DNA of 63,998 nucleotides, filler included, from Bonamia ostreae (Eukaryota): NCBI GenBank assembly GCA_040357525.1. It is 7 parts of 7 records of this genome, joined end to end, with 100 filler letters (N's around TTAATTAATTAA, not from the genome) between each part and the next. Parts side by side here need not be neighbours in the genome. Positions count along the whole stretch, not along the records: positions 56,720 to 63,998 come from JBDODL010000087.1; 6 more parts are not named here. One strand, 5' to 3'. Shown piece by piece: positions 62,941 to 63,998 of this stretch (position 1 is its first letter; each line of letters starts with the position of its first letter). The notes under the pieces were generated by a model. It saw only the letters and a program-made list of their open reading frames with translations, ran no database searches and was not told where the DNA came from. The position numbers and the translations under genes were made by a program.

Positions 62941-63998
62941 CATCAAACAGAAAGAAACGTTTTGTTGGATTTCATTCGCGGTTCTTCCATTTATCTCGTC
63001 GTTTTGGTTCACATCCTTCTTTCAATCGAACAAGTTTTAGAACAAAGAGACGCTTTAAGCTCTTCGCTCAAAGCGAGATTAGATTTGGCATTTAGGCAAT
63101 TTATCCAATTCGGAATGCCGCTTTTCTTTTACGTTTCTGGGCGAAGTACAGCGTACACAAAGAGCAACTTGATTTCAGGAATAATAAAGAAAACTGTAAG
63201 ATTAGTGCCGCCATTGTTGTTTGGCATGTTTTTTGTGGTGATCCCGACACAATATTTGTCCAAAAACTTTATTCCGCAAAAATGCAGTCCAAGCGGCGAT
63301 AACAGTTTTTTGGAATATTACAAAAACTACGTTTTTGGAATAAACAATTATTTTTCGGTTTGCGGTTTTTGGTGGCTTTGGTTCATTGTTGTTTTGTACG
63401 CTGTTTCTGTCACCAATTTGCCGATTGTTTTGGAGTTTTTAAATCCAAATTTTATTTTTGTAAAGTTAGTTTTTTGTATCGATTTAAAATTTTGGGCACT
63501 TTTTTTTGAAATTGTTTTTTTACACAAAATCGTTGTTTTATTTGTGAAATTGCTGTCTTTTGGTGAAATAATTTTACAAATTTTTTATTTTTTGTTAAAA
63601 TTATTATTTTTCGAAATTGCTGTTTTTTCTAAATTGTTGTTGTTTTTATAAGAAAAATTGTTTGTTTTGCAAAATTTTTTTGGTGAAAATATTTTTATTA
63701 AAATAGACATAAAAACGAGATTTCGGGAAAATCTTCGACGAAAGAAAATTTTGGGTGGATCGCTTTAATTTCTCTTTGTTTCAATTTTACCTTTTTGTTC
63801 TGTAACGATCCGCTTTACGTTTATAATGTCATTTTTATGGAATTTTTCTATTTAAGCACTCATTTTGCGTTTTTTGGGAAAAGAGGAAAAAGCAAATTTA
63901 CGAAATATTTTTTAAACATTTCTTTTAATTTCGGAATGTCTGTTTTGCACACAGTTCTTTCGACTTTTATGATGCGTTATAGCTCTTTCGGGAACAAA
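62941..63998 (+). CDS. Acyltransferase-3 family (OpgC/MdoC-like) membrane protein; both ends incomplete
   Basis: ERNVLLDFIRG..LVH..FGMPLFFYVSG..KKTVRLVPPLLFG..WWLWFIVVL; frame resumes ~63708 to window end. Confidence 0.8.

Overview
AT-rich, gene-dense eukaryotic (protist-like) nuclear DNA. It is not one locus: seven unrelated contigs (six of ~9-9.6 kb, the last cut by the window end) are joined by artificial 100-nt N-TTAATTAATTAA-N linkers, so synteny holds only within a contig. The standard genetic code fits. Recognisable genes: APC1, PLAC8, proteasome beta-2 and Rpt5, a Zn2Cys6 factor, TFIP11, jagunal, class I HDAC, a CHD remodeller, IF1-like ATPase inhibitor, ZIP transporter, four tandem amino-acid permeases, cytochrome b5, a CAP protein, Nup155, SatP/Gpr1, DcpS, a TFIIB-like factor, SAE1, RPS11, gp78-like E3, RPS20, NHP2, an acyltransferase-3 and tRNA-Thr(AGT). 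The dominant signal is the splicing system. More than 30 introns rebuilt by hand are 19-24 nt, almost all start GTT rather than GTR, often end AAG, and skip nearer AGs. They coexist with long introns inflated by minisatellites and with stop-free in-frame introns hidden inside ORFs. Several structured non-coding islands are candidate ncRNAs, including a possible telomerase RNA and possible divergent snRNAs. An ascetosporean/haplosporidian-type parasite is my inference, not a result.
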